Origin: Octopus sinensis
Taxonomy: Eukaryota
Direction of reading: 5' to 3'
DNA length: 64,000 nucleotides
Assembly (NCBI RefSeq): GCF_006345805.1
Contig: NC_043009.1
Coordinates: forward strand, 33,356,001-33,420,000
Every line of letters begins with the position of its first letter. Position 1 is the stretch's first letter. Below are positions 12,000 through 26,159 of the stretch, in pieces. The translations under genes were made by a program, and so were the position numbers. Below the pieces are notes generated by a model. That model made no database searches. It worked only from the letters and a program-made list of their open reading frames with translations, and had not been told where the DNA came from.

Positions 12000-12165
12000 G
12001 GTACAGGACACAAAAAAAATGTTGAACACAATGAGAAACGAAAACGTAAAAACAAAACATGGAAACGAACTTGTTTTCAAACAACGAAGAAACGAGACAT
12101 ACAACACAAGGAATATTCCCCTTCTTCAGTTGTCCCTGTTTCGTCTACTCCGCGTTTCAAAGGTA
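12000..12165 (-). mobile_element. Microsatellite-embedded short repeat (Penelope-end-like)
   Basis: Antisense GAAACGCGGAGTAG..CTGAAGAAGGGGAATATTCC, T-rich end abutting a TA tract. Confidence 0.35.
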
Positions 12166-12934
12166 AGAGAACAGAAAATGGAGAAATACTGATGAACAGC
12201 AATTGACTTACATCAATTATTATTTATTTATTCAATGCAAATAGACTGCATCTTATCTAACAGCTGTTTCTGCTTCCAGTGTTCTATGGTACTGCCAAAA
12301 GGTAGCCCATAACTATGCAGGAGACATACTTCACTCCATGAAGTATTTTCAAAATACCTACATACCCAAGTTTGGTCCATATAAACATGGAAAAGAGGAC
12401 TTTAAACAATGATAATGGTGATGAACCAAAGGTATTTTCAGGTAAGTTGGTTTCAAAAGGGTCAAATTAAATTTAAACGAAGAAAATCAATATCTTAACA
12501 TGATCTGACTTAAAATTCTACATCTCAGTGGCATTGCTTTGATATAACATTTTCCTAGGCCTCTAAAACTACGACGAAATTTTTTTGAGGCAGATTTTCT
12601 ACAGCTCGTTGCACTTTCTGTTGTCAGTTCTTGCCTGCTTCCAAGCAAGAAAATATTTTTCATAGTCCTTCATACAGCACAAATGTGCTGGACATGTTTA
12701 CAAAGAAGACTGCAAACAAATGACATTGCTTGAATGAAAATGACATTTATTTACGGTTTTAACATGCAATGTTGAGAGGAGAGACAAACAAGTGTGTGTG
12801 TGTGTGATATCCTTGTCATCAGATTCTACTGGTTTTCAAGTGGGAGTTATAATTTTCCAGACTCTTGAACAAAGATCCTGGACATGTCCTGTCTGGGTTG
12901 TGGGTTACTGGAAACAGACATCATCAGGAACCGG

Positions 12935-12994
12935 TAATCATCATCATCAGCATTTAACATCCGTCTTCCATGCTGACATGGGTTGGATGGCTTG
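12935..12994 (-). mobile_element. RTE-type 3' tail fragment
   Basis: (CAT)n followed by TTTAACATCCGTCTTCCATGCTGACATGGG. Confidence 0.45.
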
Positions 12995-13212
12995 GCTATC
13001 CTCTCCTCTCCATGCCACCGATGTTATCCAAGGGAAAGGCTGATCCAGCTTGGCACCTGTGACATCGCAACTCATTTTTACAGCTGAGTGAACTGCAGCA
13101 ACATGAAATAAAGTGTCTTGTTCAAGAACACAACACAACCTGGTCCAAGAATTGATCTCACTCACTCATGATTGCGAGACCAACACTCTAACCACTGAGC
13201 CATGTGCCTTCA
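12995..13212 (-). mobile_element. Group C SINE (head 2 + CORE-like + tail Z)
   Basis: Antisense TGAAGGCACATGGCTCAGTGGTTAGAG..GTGTTCTTGAACAAGACACTTTATTTCA. Confidence 0.8.
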
Positions 13213-13224
13213 GATATACATCTC

Positions 13225-13325
13225 TCTTACTCTTTTACTTGTTTCAGTCATCTGACCGCGGCCATGCTGGAGCACCGCCTTCGGTCGAGCAAATCGACCC
13301 CGGGACCCACTCCTTGTAAGCCCAG
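13225..13325 (-). mobile_element. Group B SINE 3' fragment
   Basis: TTTACTTGTTTCAGTCAT..GCGGCCATGCTGGAGCACCGCC. Confidence 0.85.
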
Positions 13326-13867
13326 CACCATACGCATACGTTTATTAGTAAACTAATCTGGCACCTTAAATACTGTATCAAACTTTTTGCTTTAGATTAG
13401 AAAATTTGATCTCGATCATTCCCCTATGACAAAGAGAAATCTTTTTGTCCTCTCTGTACGGAAGAGCAATTTTCTATCCTCTTTTCCAAACATAAACTGG
13501 TGAACACGTTTACGGAGCGAGTTTACAGGAGTTTACTTTGGAAAAGACACTCTTTCGCTTTTTTTAAACAGTACCCACCCCGTACCTAATAATTTCTGCG
13601 AATTACCTTTTCATTATTCTTAATTCTCACTTGTATTTTGAATGCGTCCATCGAAACATATGTCGATAATATAAAGGTATAAATGATTTAATAACATCTT
13701 GAGCGTTTATCTCCATTTCAATTTTTTCTTATTTTCTCCTAAATACGTCTCGCTTCTCCCCGGAATCAAATCCCACTCAAGTGGGACCATTGTTTCCTAA
13801 GACTCTTAAGCAACATTTACCTACCTAGTAATTATTCCCCTGGATCTTTTCTTTAAATTGTACACTA

Positions 13868-13920
<53 letters not shown>

Positions 13921-13951
13921 GCTGTATGTGTATGTCTGTATGACTAAATAT

Positions 13952-14167
13952 TAGTTTCAAATTTTGGTACAAGGCCCAGCAATTTTAGGGAAGGTGTCAG
14001 TTGAATACATTGGCCCCATTGTTCAACTGCTACTTATTTTATCGACCCCGGAAAAGATGAAAGGCAAAGTCGACCTCAGTGGAATTTGAACCCAGAACGT
14101 AAAGACGGACAAAATGCCGCTAAGCATCTTGCCCAACATGCTAACGATTCTGTTAGCTCGCCGCCTT
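13952..14167 (-). mobile_element. Group A SINE, full length
   Basis: Ends GCTAACGATTCTGTTAGCTCGCCGCC on +. Confidence 0.9.
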
Positions 14168-14633
14168 TGCGTGTGTAAATACTACCACTTGACTGAGGCA
14201 ACATTAGTTACCGGCATAAGTGATTGCATATAATTTTCTCTTAAACACCGAACACATTGCACTAATATAAATATATTTTTTACAGAAATTACTTTCAGCG
14301 TCGGCAAGCTATTTAAGTGTCTCTTCTAATAATCATTAAGTTACATTGCACAATTGTCAAAATAAAATCCTCTTGTCACTCTAATGTATTTAGTGACATT
14401 CAGATAAGTGGAGAGTTTATGTTTTCCTGTCAGATTTGGTTGCAAAATAAAGCAATTAGAAAGAAATACTTCTCTTCTTTCTTCTTTTTAATCGTTACGA
14501 AAAATACAAAACGCCAACATATTTCTATATTTCTCTGTTTTATTTTCTATCCAGACGGTTCTGTTGTTAACAATACTTCTACTTAAATTGAATAGTAACT
14601 CCAAGTATACATACATATATCCATGTACCTATG

Positions 14634-14664
<31 letters not shown>

Positions 14665-14734
14665 GTATGTATGTATGTATGTATGTATGTTTGTATGTGT
14701 GTATGTATGTGTGCGTATATATATATATCTCTCT

Positions 14735-15252
14735 CTTCTCTCTCTTCTCCCATCTGTCTTGATAGACAATGGGTCGCGCCAAGGGTGGGGCCTACTTTGA
14801 TGATGAGCAGCGTCTGCTGTGACTGAACAGTCCAATTCTAGAGTGGCAGTCCCTGGTACAGTTGCTGCACACGAACATCGATTGGTACGTGTGGGGTGTT
14901 GCTGCAGTTGTCCTCCTCCTGTCCCGCCTGTCCGACCACAGCTGTGCTCTCCTTTCCTCAGCCATGGAAACGCCTTTCCTCACTGTCCGACGCCAGGCAG
15001 AGCGGTCAGCAGCTGTTACCACCCACGTGTCCACACAGATGTTGGCAGTCCTCAGGTCGCGCTTGCACACATCCCTGTATCGTAGCTGTGGACGTCCCTT
15101 GGGTCGGGATCCCGTGGTGAGTTCGCTGTACAGGATGTCTTTAGGCATGCGACCGTCCTGCATGCGGCAGACGTGTCCGAGCCAGCGCAGTCGTCTCCGC
15201 ACGAGGAGGGCATGTATGCTTGGCATATTAGTCTGTTCTAGGATGACTCCGA
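14735..15252 (-). mobile_element. RTE-clade LINE 3' end: RT C-terminal region with C-terminal zinc-finger-like motif
   Basis: ORF 14792-15226: RRLRWLGHVCRMQDGRMPKDILYSEL..GRPQLRYRDVCKRDL..DRSAWR..CSNCTRDCHSRIGLFSHSRRC; then a short 3'UTR and GA-rich tail. Confidence 0.92.
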
Positions 15253-15410
15253 ATATATATATATATTCATAGAATACGAATGAGGACCTTCAGAGGATGC
15301 TTGCACATCAAGTTCTACCTCCTATATAAGGGAGAATATAGTGAAATAACCACAGAACTTCAACACCCAACCAATACGCTAAGTAAATAAACAGCTAAAT
15401 AAATAAATTC

Positions 15411-15449
<39 letters not shown>

Positions 15450-15670
15450 CCGATATCCATGGCATTCTACAAATTTTATACAGCAATGATAACAGACTGA
15501 CGCACGGCGGTGCCCCAGCATGGCCACAGTCTCAGAGCTGAAACATAGAAAAGAATAAAAGTATAGAAGAATACAAAGGATGCCAGACTAACTGCATAAG
15601 AACGTGCGCGCACGTACCTTAAACAAGCATAGGGCCACTAGCCAGCCCATCAATATTTTAATAGGGTTAA

Positions 15671-15899
15671 GGCGGCGAGCTGGCAGAATCGTTTGCACGC
15701 CAGGCGAAATGCGTAGGCGTATTTCGTCTGCTGTTACGTTCTGAGTTCAAATTCCGCCGAGGTCAAGTTTGCCTTTCATCCTTTCGGGGGTCGATAAATT
15801 AAGCACCAGTTACGCACTGGGGTCGATGTAATCGACTTAATCCGTTCGTCTGTCCTTGTTTGTCCCCTCTGTGTTTAGCCCCTTGTGGGTAGTAAAGAA
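15671..15899 (+). mobile_element. Group A SINE, full length
   Basis: GGCGGCGAGCTGGCAGAATCG..GAGTTCAAATTCCGCCGAGG..TTTAGCCCCTTGTGGGTAGTAAAGAA. Confidence 0.95.
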
Positions 15900-16655
15900 T
15901 CAGAAAGTCGCGCGAATCAGAAAGTCACACAGATACAATTTCCTTTAGAAAACACAGGACGGATTGTTGCAACCATACAGAGCTCTTGTATTAACGACTG
16001 TGAGACATTGTTAAAGAAAGTGTGTGTTTGGAGGAGAGAGAGGAGGGGGAAAGAAAGAAAGAAAGAAAGAAAGACGATAGACCAGTAATGACTTTTAATT
16101 ACACGCACAGACGCACACACTCACACTCACACACACATAAGGAGACTATAATTCCGCTATATACAGATCTTCCATTAATGGCTGTGACATATCATTTCCT
16201 CTCTCTTTGTCTTTCTCTCTTTCTCTTTCTCTCTTTCTCTTTCTCTCTTTCTCTCCCTCTCTTACAGACAGACCGGAAATAAATTCTAATTCAATATCAA
16301 CCAAGTGACAAATGGTGTATAATTACATTTTCCAATTAAGCCACAAAATAAATATGTCATTTACTGTAACTAAACTGTGTTTAACAGACATATCTGTGAA
16401 CAATAGCGCCGTTGGTTATAGATTCCTAATAGGCCAATCACTGATTCACTATATTTAACAGCAGGCGTAACAAAGGAGCGTCTGCGCAACACATGCAGAA
16501 CAGTTATCACGAGGGACATTGCTTGAAAGCACCTGCTTAATGATTTTCCAGTAGACATTTACGTCAATCTCCAATATCTGTTTCCGAAATATATATATAT
16601 TTCTCATATGTATGTATATATGTATGTACGTATGTATGTATGTGTGTGTGTGCGT

Positions 16656-16697
<42 letters not shown>

Positions 16698-16712
16698 GTG
16701 TGTGTGTGTGTG

Positions 16713-16954
16713 TACAGAGTGTTCGAACTAAATTTGACGTTATTTTATGTCCCCCGTTTTTGGGGGGGTTTTTTCAGAAGCAGTTTCGTGTATTGATAGA
16801 GTGTCAGCGGCTTTGGTTAACTGACGTGGAGGACGGACTGGAAACTATGTGGAAGCATCTGAACATTGGAGAAGAGTTATCGTATCATAGTGATTCGTGC
16901 TGGGTATCAAAGCGCCGACATCATGATGCTGCTCAATGCTCCGTGGACATGGTA
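16713..16954 (+). mobile_element. Tc1/mariner DNA transposon, 5' end
   Basis: TA|CAGAGTGTTCGAACTAAATTTGACG TIR-like start; frameshifted N-terminal residues (IRAGYQ.., AAQCSV) resembling maT/Tc1-type transposases. Confidence 0.55.
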
Positions 16955-17432
16955 ATCATCATCATTGTTCGACCGTGGTCGAGATAATGGAATTTACTAT
17001 GTTACGCCAGACTTCATCATAGCATTACAGAGGTCCTGTTGCTGGATGCCTGTATCCCTGGAGATTACATCAGGTTAGGAGAGTGTGCGCCCTCTGGTAT
17101 TGCGAGCAGTTGGCTTCCAGAGGAGAAGAGTAGAAATTACCTCGTTTTCAGCTCTACAACAATGTCCAGCAAACTGGACTCTTCTACCTTTCACAAGAGA
17201 TGATGCAGGTGGTAGTTTCCCATATATTTGTACTTTGGTTGGATGACGCTTCCACGAGAGATTTTGAGCTCTCATAAGGAGGTGAGTGTAAGTTCCATCC
17301 AACCGCCTCTCAAGCTTCTTTGAAAACGTCCAGGTTTCTGAGCCATATAGTAGAATTGGTTCGACTGTGGCTTTGAAGAATTTAAGCTTGAAATCTCTAC
17401 TTAGATTTGATGACCAGATCTTGATGTATCGT
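16955..17432 (-). mobile_element. RTE-group LINE 3' fragment inserted into the Tc1 element
   Basis: Antisense ..KFFKATVEPILLYGSETWT..LDGTYTHLLMRAQNLSWKRHPTK..RRVQFAGHCCRAENEVIS.. and (ATG)n tail. Confidence 0.85.
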
Positions 17433-17860
17433 GGAAACCAAATTCCCTTAAACTAAGATGGTCTTTGCTTGTTTCTCCAGAAAGAGTGACGTCATGCCAC
17501 CCCACATCTTTGAACAGAACTTTAAACTCAATTCAGAAAGCTAAGGGAAGCTGGTGGAAACTGTAATCAAACCCTTGTTTGAGAAGGTTGCTACTCGAAG
17601 GCCATATGTGTGAAAGTAGGATTCGACTCCTTGCCATATTTCCGAAAAGAGATTGACATCTTCTCAACTCTGAAGACAGAAACCAAATTTATGGTCATCT
17701 TTATATACATCCACTACTGGTTGCATACTCTGACTGCTTTTGCATGCTCCATCAGCCAGCATTTCAACTAATACGTAGTTCCGAGCCCCAGAAACAGCTG
17801 TCGGGCCTGAAATACCATGTTCTCTCCCCTTAGTTTTCTGTATCTTTTGCACTCCATGTA
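17433..17860 (+). mobile_element. Tc1/mariner transposase catalytic-domain remnant (pseudogenised)
   Basis: Degenerate K.KFP..MVF.C.S.E.DVMPPHIFE..ETVIKPLFEKVATRRPYV*K*DSTPCH, matching the QQDSAPCH second-Asp motif. Confidence 0.75.
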
Positions 17861-17999
17861 AATCTGTTCTGTAAATATATAAATATCTTTTGGCTTATAC
17901 GTGAACGCTCATCTTCTGAATATTTTCAGTTTTTGCTTCTTTCTTTCTCTCTCACTCTCTCTCTCTCTCTCTCTCTTTCTCTTTCTCTCTCTCTCTCTC

Positions 18000-18122
18000 T
18001 CTCTCTTCATGTGTATATATATATATATATCCCAATATATATCTGTGTGTATGTTTTATATATCAAGCGCAAGCGTGTTTATTCGTTTATTTGCACCGTT
18101 AGCTATCAGTCAATCCATCTAG

Positions 18123-18167
<45 letters not shown>

Positions 18168-18378
18168 TAAACAGACATACAGATATAGATACATATATAT
18201 ATATAGACATAGATGCAGACATATATATATACACACGTATATATATAAATGTGGGGGGGCTGTGAAAATGTACATATCCTTATAAATATATGTACATATA
18301 CATATACACATATATTATATATATGCATATATATTCATATATATACATATATGTATATATATATATATATATGTATAC

Positions 18379-18473
<95 letters not shown>

Positions 18474-18550
18474 TATATACATACATATATGTGTGTGTGT
18501 GTGTTTGTATATATATACACATATATATGCCTGAATATATGTATGCATAA
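18000..18550. repeat. (TA)n/(CA)n/(GATA)n compound microsatellite
   Basis: Direct reading. Confidence 0.95.
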
Positions 18551-18920
18551 TTGTTTATATATCGCTATGCGTCATTATATTTCATTATTACTGTTTTGTA
18601 TTGTTATCACTATTTACTATCATATCATCGATATTCAGTTTATATGTTTGTTATTTTAATAATATATATTATGAATCAATATTTCAACTTGAATTACGAA
18701 GGATTGTTACTGTGTAAATACAATAGCAATCAATTTTATTGAATTCAATTGAATAATTGAATAAAATATTTTTGAAAAAAAAAGATCGAGTGAATGTCCC
18801 TCGCAGGCATTACGATTGTTAGAAGTACCATTCTTTAAAAGTATTTCTTCTAAATACTGCTCTGAAGATGATTTGTTTCATTCGCTCTTTCTGTCTCTTA
18901 CTCTCTTACTTTCGATTTCC

Positions 18921-18959
<39 letters not shown>

Positions 18960-19110
18960 CTTTCTTTTTTCTCTTTCTTTCTCTCTGTTTCTCTCTCTGT
19001 TCCCAGAAAAGCGTTGGATTACACGAAGGTCCCTTCAAGAGTAGAACACACACACACACATATATATATTATATATATATATATATTATATATATATATA
19101 TACATATATA

Positions 19111-19224
<114 letters not shown>

Positions 19225-19281
19225 CATTTATACATATCTCTCTCTATATATATCTACCTATCGATCTATCAATCTATATAC

Positions 19282-19312
<31 letters not shown>

Positions 19313-19484
19313 ATATGCGTGTGTGTGTGTGTATACACTCATATGTTATATTTACATACATATGCATATATATGCACAGACAGATACGCATAGATAGATA
19401 GATACATACATACATACGCTCTCTTCTTTCAATAAACTTATGCTTCTTTCATATTTGTCTCTCCCTCTCGCTCTCTCTCTCTCA

Positions 19485-19524
<40 letters not shown>

Positions 19525-20099
19525 CTTTCCGCTCCTTCTCAATTATTGGTACGCGTGTATGATGCATGTATGGGGTATGTCTATAAATACGTATCTATGC
19601 ATGAAGGTACATATATAAATATGTACGTTCGTAAATTCTTTCGTGTACATGTTGTTTGTTTGCACCTATTTATTTGTGAATACATAAATATTCGTTTGCA
19701 TGTGAGCATGCATATGATTGCATGTGAGCATGCATGTCATTTCACGTGCTTATCTTTTTGCTTTATATTTAATCACGTGTTCATAAAATTATATCTTCAT
19801 TTCTATAAGGATATATTACAGTCTAAAATTCAAGGATATTTTACATATCATCGCAATTTTGCGTGTGATTCTTAATTCAACTATTTTCGTTTGATGAAAC
19901 CCTGGTTTTTAACATTTGCCGTAGTACCGCAATAATTACAGGTATAAATATAGCGCTATAGAAATGGAGGGGGGGGGGCAGAATATCTCTAGATTTCTCA
20001 TTAGCTCTCTTATCAACCATTAGTTCGCAATAGATGTCTTCTTTATCTTTTATATTTAACATTATATAAACATCTGTTGAATCTCGATACAAATTCTGC

Positions 20100-20801
20100 A
20101 TCGGCCATCTTGTTGCTGAATCACAAAGCCTTAGACTTCAAAGTGAAAGTTACTTTACCAGCCCGTGATCCAAGATAGACGACTTTCTACATCGATGTCA
20201 CTGTTACTTTGAGGGTTTTTACCAATATAGCAATGCAAGACCATGTGGTAGAGCTGTGTAACCTCTGTGGTTGTGTTTCCCTGGTTGTCAGTCTGCGAGT
20301 TATTTCTGAGGAGACACTTTACAACTCTCACGATGTTATCTTTCTCTCATTTATGCCTGAGAATTTGATCCATGAATGCTTCTCTTCTGAATGCTCTTCG
20401 ATGTTTCAAGGTCAAAAGATGTTGTCGAAGGTGAGGCAAAATAAGCTTCAGAGATGCTTTGTCCCATGCAGAAACTGCAGAAGATACTCAGAAGTTTTGC
20501 AAGCACTTCTGAATACATTACAAAGCAAGAAACCCTTCTCTATCGTCAGTAGGTGTCTCAGGGTCACAGGTGTTTCGCTCCTTCGCCTGTATACTTCACC
20601 TAAGTAGGACAGCGCGGACTGAGACAGTCTTCACTTACACAAAGGTTTCACTTGCGGCCTCTTATCAACCATAGCCATCTTGTATCAGTTTCCTTGATGG
20701 CATTCTTCAGTTGCCTAGGTCCCAGACTTATGTTCTGCAGGAAATAGCACACTGATTTAAGATGGAAAGTCGCGGCAGCCAACTTTCAACGGCCCCGTCG
20801 T
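20100..20801 (+). mobile_element. Highly degenerate mariner-like element
   Basis: 3' TIR-like AACTTTCAACGGCCCCGTCGT; vestiges of C-terminal F..GI..L and LAP motifs; 5' limit uncertain. Confidence 0.4.
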
Positions 20802-21147
20802 CTTAGTCCTGATATTTCAATTTCTTTACCTGAAATATTCAAAGACTGTTTTAATTTACGTTAAGCACCCACACCTTCCTTGTGCTTCTTCTAGCTATCG
20901 GTTTTGATGTAGACATTTCTGATGTTGATCAACAGTTTCATGGTTTAGCATCAATAGCTCAGATCCAATGGAATAGTCGTAATAGTACCAAGAGCACGGA
21001 TATAGTGACAGATCGTGGGCCGCGAAATATTTCTATGCGAACAGCTCTGAGAACCATTTTTTAATCTTTTTTGTATTTTATCAGGCTGTTATATTTCTTA
21101 ATTGCGCATTCCTTGTGACAAGTATTGTCACAGAATTCATAGGTATA

Positions 21148-21380
21148 CACGAGCCGGCAGAATCGTTAGCACGCCGGGCGAAATGCGAAGCCGTATTTCG
21201 TCTGCCGTTACGTTCTGAGTTCAAATTCCGCCGAGGTCGACTTTGCCTTTCAGCCTTTCGGAGTCGATTAAATAAGTACCAGTTACGCACCGAAGGTCGA
21301 TATAATCGACTTCATCCGTTTGTCTGTCCTTGTTTGTTCTCTCTGTGTTTAGCCCCTTGTGGGTGGTAAAGAAATAGGTA
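21148..21380 (+). mobile_element. Group A SINE, near full length
   Basis: Matches 15671-15899. Confidence 0.95.
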
Positions 21381-21461
21381 TACACACACACACGCACGCA
21401 CGTACGCACACATGCACACACACAAACGCACACACATGCATACATACGCATACACACATGC

Positions 21462-22150
<689 letters not shown>

Positions 22151-22957
22151 TATATGCATGACTAGACAGACAGACAGAGAAAGCATGTATATATGTACAT
22201 GACAATATATACGTGGACGTTAATAGCAAGTTTAATATATATGTGTGTGTGCGTTTGTATTTCTATGCACCTGTACGTTTGTGATTTTATGTATATATGT
22301 GTATGTGTGTATGTGTGTGTATGTGCGTGTGCGTGTATGTGTGTATGTATGTATGCGCATAGTCATCAGCGTATAGGTCTATATGTATGTAATGTTTCCA
22401 CATGGTTGTCTATTTGCCGATCTCTCTCGTTGTTTTCGTATCCATCTGTCTTTCCACTGCTCTTAATTTAAAATGAGAAAATAAGCTGGAACTTGCAGAA
22501 AAACAATGATTAGTTTAGCTCTAATCAAATCTAACAAACCATTCTATAAAATCATATTTTCTCATTAATGGCATAAAATTCTTATCGTGTGAAACGATGG
22601 AAGAATAAATGTTTGGCGAGGCAACATATAAAAATAAGAAAATACGAAATGGAGACAAACTAAATCAAGAAATAATTGGAGAATAATGGGGAGGGGATAG
22701 AAGAGCAAAACTGGGGATAAAGACAATATAAAGAGAGAGGAGGGAAAGAGGAAGACGAGCGCTAAAACAAAAGGGAAATGATTCGATACTTGAAGAAAAC
22801 AGACAATCAAATCATTTGGTTTATATCTAGTGAAATACTTTGTGTGTACCTGCATACGCACACACGCTCACACACACACACAAACACACACATACACACA
22901 CACATATATATATATACATATACATATACACATTTATATATACATATGTATATCTAT

Positions 22958-23688
22958 ATATAGAGAGAAAGAGGAAAAGGAGGTAGTCAGAATTTCGGAT
23001 AATTCTTTATTAGCGCTTTCGTTCGTTTTTCGAACCCGTCAAGACAAAATCAAAATCAAAATGATAAAAACAGAACGCTTCGTTGTTTATTTATATGAAT
23101 CTGATGCTTTTTTGCTTTGTTTAAAAGAGGAGAAAATTGTTTTTGTCCTTTATTTTTTTTGTTTTGTTTTGTTTGTTTGTTTTTTGTTTTTTGGAAAAAG
23201 GAGAGGGAGAAAGAAAAGCAAAGGTGGTGGAACTTATATAGAGAGAAGTTTCAAAACAATCAAGAAAAGGAAGAAAAATAATAATAAAGGATAGGGAAAG
23301 GAGAGTAGATAGATAGAGAGAGAGAGATATATATATAAGCAAACAGAGAGAGGGGGAGTTCTTTACAATTTGATGTGGTCAATTCATTGAAATTTCATTA
23401 CAAAGCATTTTGTCTTTCTCCTTTCTTTTTTTCTTTCCATTGTATACCTATCAGCACATTAGTAAATAAAAACATTTTCTCTCAAGGTCTGGTGACCTTT
23501 CAAAGATATCAGTTTTAGGAAGTAGAATGGAAGAAATAAGAAAATTAACTATTTGAAAGAGGAACAGAGGAACTACATTTTGATTATAATTTTTTAATAG
23601 TAATGATGATGGATGAAGAGAAAATATTTATATTACACTATTATTGTAGTTTCTGAATGTTAATAATATGATACTCATCTCTATAAAT

Positions 23689-23729
<41 letters not shown>

Positions 23730-24541
23730 CATTGGGATTTTGACAACTGTTGTTCTTATAGAACTTACATATACCTCGAAAGAATACTAGAACCATTCTA
23801 CCACTGATAAGGAAAGATAACTAATGTAGCTACTTGGCGAAGTAATTTGTGAAAAAGATGTCTTTTGAATTCTCTTATCCATACAAGAAGCAGAAAAATA
23901 ATCCTACAAAACGATGAAAGATACTCAAAATAATATATTTAAGCATACCCTGCTTTGTTATATAATTTATATCCTACAGAGTGGCCTCCAGCTAAATATA
24001 CAATATACATACAAACTCATTTATATGTTTCATTAAATGTACATCGAAAATAATAAACAGTACCAAATTATTTTCTTATATTCTGACTTTATTTTCCCAA
24101 TTTATGAATATTTTACTAATAGTTGATGTTTGTTCATACAGAACATGGAATTACACGGAATATACGACTTGACTCTACAAGTGTAAAGGAATATACATTT
24201 TCATGGGACTTTGAACTTTGAACTCTATTTTTTTTTACTTTTCAGTGATGACCACACCCTCCAACTTTTATTTCTTTCATCCTACCTCCTAAAATTGACA
24301 TTTTAGAAGGGTTACCAGCTTTTTGTGAATAAATGTGTCTATTTACAAATATGTTGATACGTATAAAATGGAAAGAAAAAAGAAAAATGCTTTGTAATGA
24401 AATTTCAATGAATTGACCACATCAAATTGAAAAGAAACCGCTCTTCCTCACTCCCTCTCTTTCTCCCTAGCTATCTATCTATTTATCTATCTACCTGTCT
24501 GTCTATTTATCTATCGATCTATCTATCTGTCTGTCTATCTA

Positions 24542-24577
<36 letters not shown>

Positions 24578-24862
24578 TATATCCTGTCCTTATTTTTTAT
24601 TACAATTTTTTTTCCTCTTTCTTGATTGTCCTGAAACCTCTCTCTCCGTCTCTCTCTGTCAACTCCCCCACCTTGCTTTTCTTTCTCTCTTTCCTCTTTT
24701 TTCCCAAAAACAAAGCAAAAAGTACCCGATTCATATAAATGAGCAAAGAAACGTTCTGTTTTTATCATTTTGATTTTGATTTTGTCTTGACGAGTTCTAA
24801 AAACGAACGAAAGCGCTACTAAAATATTATTCAAAATTCTGACATCCTCCTTTTTCTCTATG
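22958..24862. repeat. Large inverted repeat: arms 22958-23540 and 24268-24862
   Basis: Arms align antisense (both encode the same pseudo-peptide ALSFVFRTRQDKIKIKMIKTERF); 46-bp identical block 23366-23411/24384-24429. Confidence 0.9.
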
Positions 24863-24925
24863 TACAATATCTGTAGATCACTTCAAACACCCTATAATTA
24901 CACACACACACACACACACGTAGAC

Positions 24926-25011
<86 letters not shown>

Positions 25012-25343
25012 ATAGATACACATTCATACATATATACATACAATAAACATATACATGCATTATATACACACAGATACATTACATTGTATACACACTTTAT
25101 ATTATATACCTACATGCTTACACACAGATTGCATGTACACATACACACACACACATGTAAATACATAGATATATATGTGTGTGTATGTATGTATATACCT
25201 ACAAAAATATGTAAAAGAACTATATATTTCAATCTATCTCAAAAATTAGATGATAGAATAGACAGAGTTAAAATTGGTTGAGGTGCGGTCGTAATTGCGT
25301 ACCATTGTATCTTCTCAAACAGTTACATATCTTACATGTATAT

Positions 25344-25399
<56 letters not shown>

Positions 25400-25805
25400 G
25401 TGTGTGTATGTGTGTGTGCATATACATACGTATATATATGTATATATGTATATATAATACATTCATACATACATACGCATATATTATACTATCATCTCTT
25501 CTCCATTTTTATCAAAATTCTTCAGTTTTATGGATTTCTTTTCATAAAATCACAACACACCATATGCAAATATATACATACTATATTGTATATTGATATA
25601 TAGTGTGTGTGTGTGTGTGTATGTATGTGTGTGTATACACGTACATTTATACCTATATATATATATATATATATCTATATATATATATATATCTATATAT
25701 ATATATATATATATATAGACACTTGCCAAAGATGCCCATGTGGTAGGGGAGCAAACTTGTTACCACACAGCCACAGGGATAGATAGCGAGAGAGAGAGAG
25801 AGAGG

Positions 25806-25837
<32 letters not shown>

Positions 25838-26159
25838 TAGATAGATAGATAGATAGAGATATATAATAGATAGATAGATAGATAGATAGATAGACAAACA
25901 TACATTAACAAACACATATATTTACATTTAAATATACATATATGCATATATACGTATACACACATAAACACACATCGCTACTAACATCATCACTGCAACA
26001 GTAGTCTCTCTAATACAACCACAGGTTCTATCCTCTTATCACAACCACATATTATTGGTCTTGAACCCTTCTAAGACTCTCACCTTTTTAAACACACTTC
26101 GCCCTTTAACCCTTATTATTTAAGTACTCACATAAATTCTCCTTCTGACCAAACTGTGT

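Noticed and set aside
12050-12441. Apparent two-exon structure (AAAG|gtaaga and TTCAG|gtaagt)
   Set aside because: The first part appears to be a TA-embedded repeat; the second has stops in all frames and no recognisable product.
13506-13540. Three GTTTAC words as a Forkhead cluster
   Set aside because: They lack the preceding T of TGTTTAC; likely a short tandem duplication.
16778-16951. 58-codon open frame with ag/gt ends (KQFRVLIECQRLW..)
   Set aside because: It lies inside the 5' end of a Tc1/mariner element, and the donor is created at the RTE insertion junction.
23769-23903. Minus-strand segment with strong acceptor and donor
   Set aside because: All three frames contain stops before the donor; a non-coding exon cannot be excluded.
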